Origin: Thermoanaerobaculia bacterium
GTDB lineage: Bacteria; Acidobacteriota; Thermoanaerobaculia; Multivoradales; UBA5704
DNA length: 64,000 nucleotides
Direction of reading: 5' to 3'
Assembly: GCA_044226625.1 (NCBI GenBank)
Contig: JBGAGQ010000011.1
Location: forward strand, 32,001-96,000
Shown here: piece by piece, positions 62,961 through 64,000 of the stretch
How the letters are laid out: each line of letters opens with the position of its first letter
Position numbering within the stretch: position 1 is the stretch's first letter
Notes under the pieces: model-generated
Told to the model about the DNA's origin: nothing
Database searches by the model: none
Seen by the model: only the letters and a program-made list of their open reading frames with translations
Made by a program: the position numbers and the translations under genes

Positions 62961-63269
62961 TCAAACACCGACTCGGCGCTTGTGCGCGGCGATCGCGCGC
63001 ACCAACCGCTCGTTCGGCTCGGGCGGGTGGATCAGCGCATCGAAAAACGCAGCCCGGTCGTTCTCAGACAGATGGAGCCCCTCGTGCTGTGCGATCGTCC
63101 GGCGGGCAGCCTCTGAGATAGCGGTCACGCAGAAGTCGCTGATCTTGCGGCGCTCGAGTTGTGCGGCACGCTCAATCAACTCCTTGGTCTGTTCGTCGAT
63201 CCGGAATCCGAGACGGTCATCTCGGGTGATCCGAATTTTCCGATTGGTACTGTGGCTGAGCATGCCCAC
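62961..63269 (-). CDS. DUF1778 RHH antitoxin
   Basis: RLGFRI...KELIERAA...SDF...LSENDRAAFFDALIHPPEPNERL; 3 bp upstream of the GNAT gene. Confidence 0.9.
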   Translation of the reverse strand: MGMLSHSTNRKIRITRDDRLGFRIDEQTKELIERAAQLERRKISDFCVTAISEAARRTIAQHEGLHLSENDRAAFFDALIHPPEPNERLVRAIAAHKRRVGV

Positions 63270-63277
63270 CCCCTAGG

Positions 63278-63370
63278 TCACAGAATGTACACCCAAACGG
63301 CGCACAAGTCGAGAACAGGCCGCCGCTTCATCCCCGCGACCAATAACGAAGCGTCGAGGACGGCGCTCAC
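63278..63370 (-). pseudogene. Truncated VapC/PIN toxin stub
   Basis: GTGA-coupled to the antitoxin stop; reads VSAVLDASLLVA, then loses similarity and stops after 30 aa. Confidence 0.55.
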
Positions 63371-63603
63371 CGGCGATCCGCGTCGCGGTGAGCCATGATT
63401 TCGGCTGCGGAGAGCCTTCTTTTCGACCTCGCGTTTCCTTTCTTTACCTGAGCCAGAAGCTGTTCGATCGGTGAGCGCGAGGCTAGGCGCTCCAGCTCGG
63501 CACGCAAGAACTCGTGCGTCGACTTGCCCACAAGGGCGGCCCGGGCGGCCAACTCTTTCTTGACGGCGTCCGGAATGTCACGGATGGTGATTTGAACTCC
63601 CAC
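63367..63603 (-). CDS. FitA/Arc-like RHH antitoxin
   Basis: VQITIRDIPDAVKKELAARAALVGKSTHEFLRAEL; start approximate. Confidence 0.8.
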   Translation of the reverse strand: MGVQITIRDIPDAVKKELAARAALVGKSTHEFLRAELERLASRSPIEQLLAQVKKGNARSKRRLSAAEIMAHRDADRR

Positions 63604-63752
63604 GCCATGCTCATGGGAACTCTGCGGGCAAAATACAAGCTGCGGTACGTGCCGCGGTATTGTTTCGCCCGGATGGAGATCGCGTCCCCAATCTACGCGA
63701 TCTACAATCCGTACCGAAGAAACCACCGGCGCCAGGCGCCGTCGCCCAGTCG

Positions 63753-64000
63753 TGCGACACTCTCCTCGACGTGGAGGAGATTCTCCTCGCCGGCTATCGG
63801 CGAATGACGCCCGCCGAAAAAATGGAGCGGGTCGCGGACCTCAGCCGCGCGGTCCAACAGTTGGCGCTAGCACGGATCCGGGCGCAGTATGGCCCGAACC
63901 TCAGCGAGCGCGAGGAGCGGCTCCGTCTGGGTTCGCTATGGCTCGACCGAGAGACCATGATCAAGGTATTCGGTTGGGACCCCGAAGTCGAGGGCTACTG
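63753..64000 (+). CDS. Small TA-associated hypothetical protein (start uncertain, runs to window end)
   Basis: DT..DVEEILLAGYRRMTPAEKMERVADLSRAVQQLALARIRAQY...FGWDPEVEGY. Confidence 0.55.

Overview
High-GC bacterial chromosome segment, probably Acidobacteriota (inferred from an acidobacterial duplicated ABC permease, ADOP; Thermoanaerobaculia-like). It is mostly housekeeping genes: ychF, hrpB, pckA, apgM, argS, rlmN, prfA, rpmE, prmC, murA, rsmI, serS, tRNA-Glu(CTC) and tRNA-Ser(TGA). Accessory material includes: (1) two Tat-exported vanadium haloperoxidase paralogues; (2) a non-coding 399-bp element bounded by 40-bp inverted repeats, containing a phased 22/21-bp array and lying directly upstream of a small orphan helical protein, the best candidate here for an undescribed system; (3) an ImmA/IrrE plus DUF4411 PIN pair behind tRNA-Glu; (4) an orphan Cys/Ser/Thr-rich RiPP-like precursor; (5) a ClpX paralogue lacking the Zn-finger, GYVG and IGF motifs; (6) a tRNA-Ser-linked stack of toxin-antitoxin modules with a probable reverse-transcriptase remnant. 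Several genes carry deletion or frameshift lesions (pckA, an alpha/beta hydrolase, a secreted protein) that may be real or assembly errors. All family calls come from motif recognition by eye; no database searches were run.
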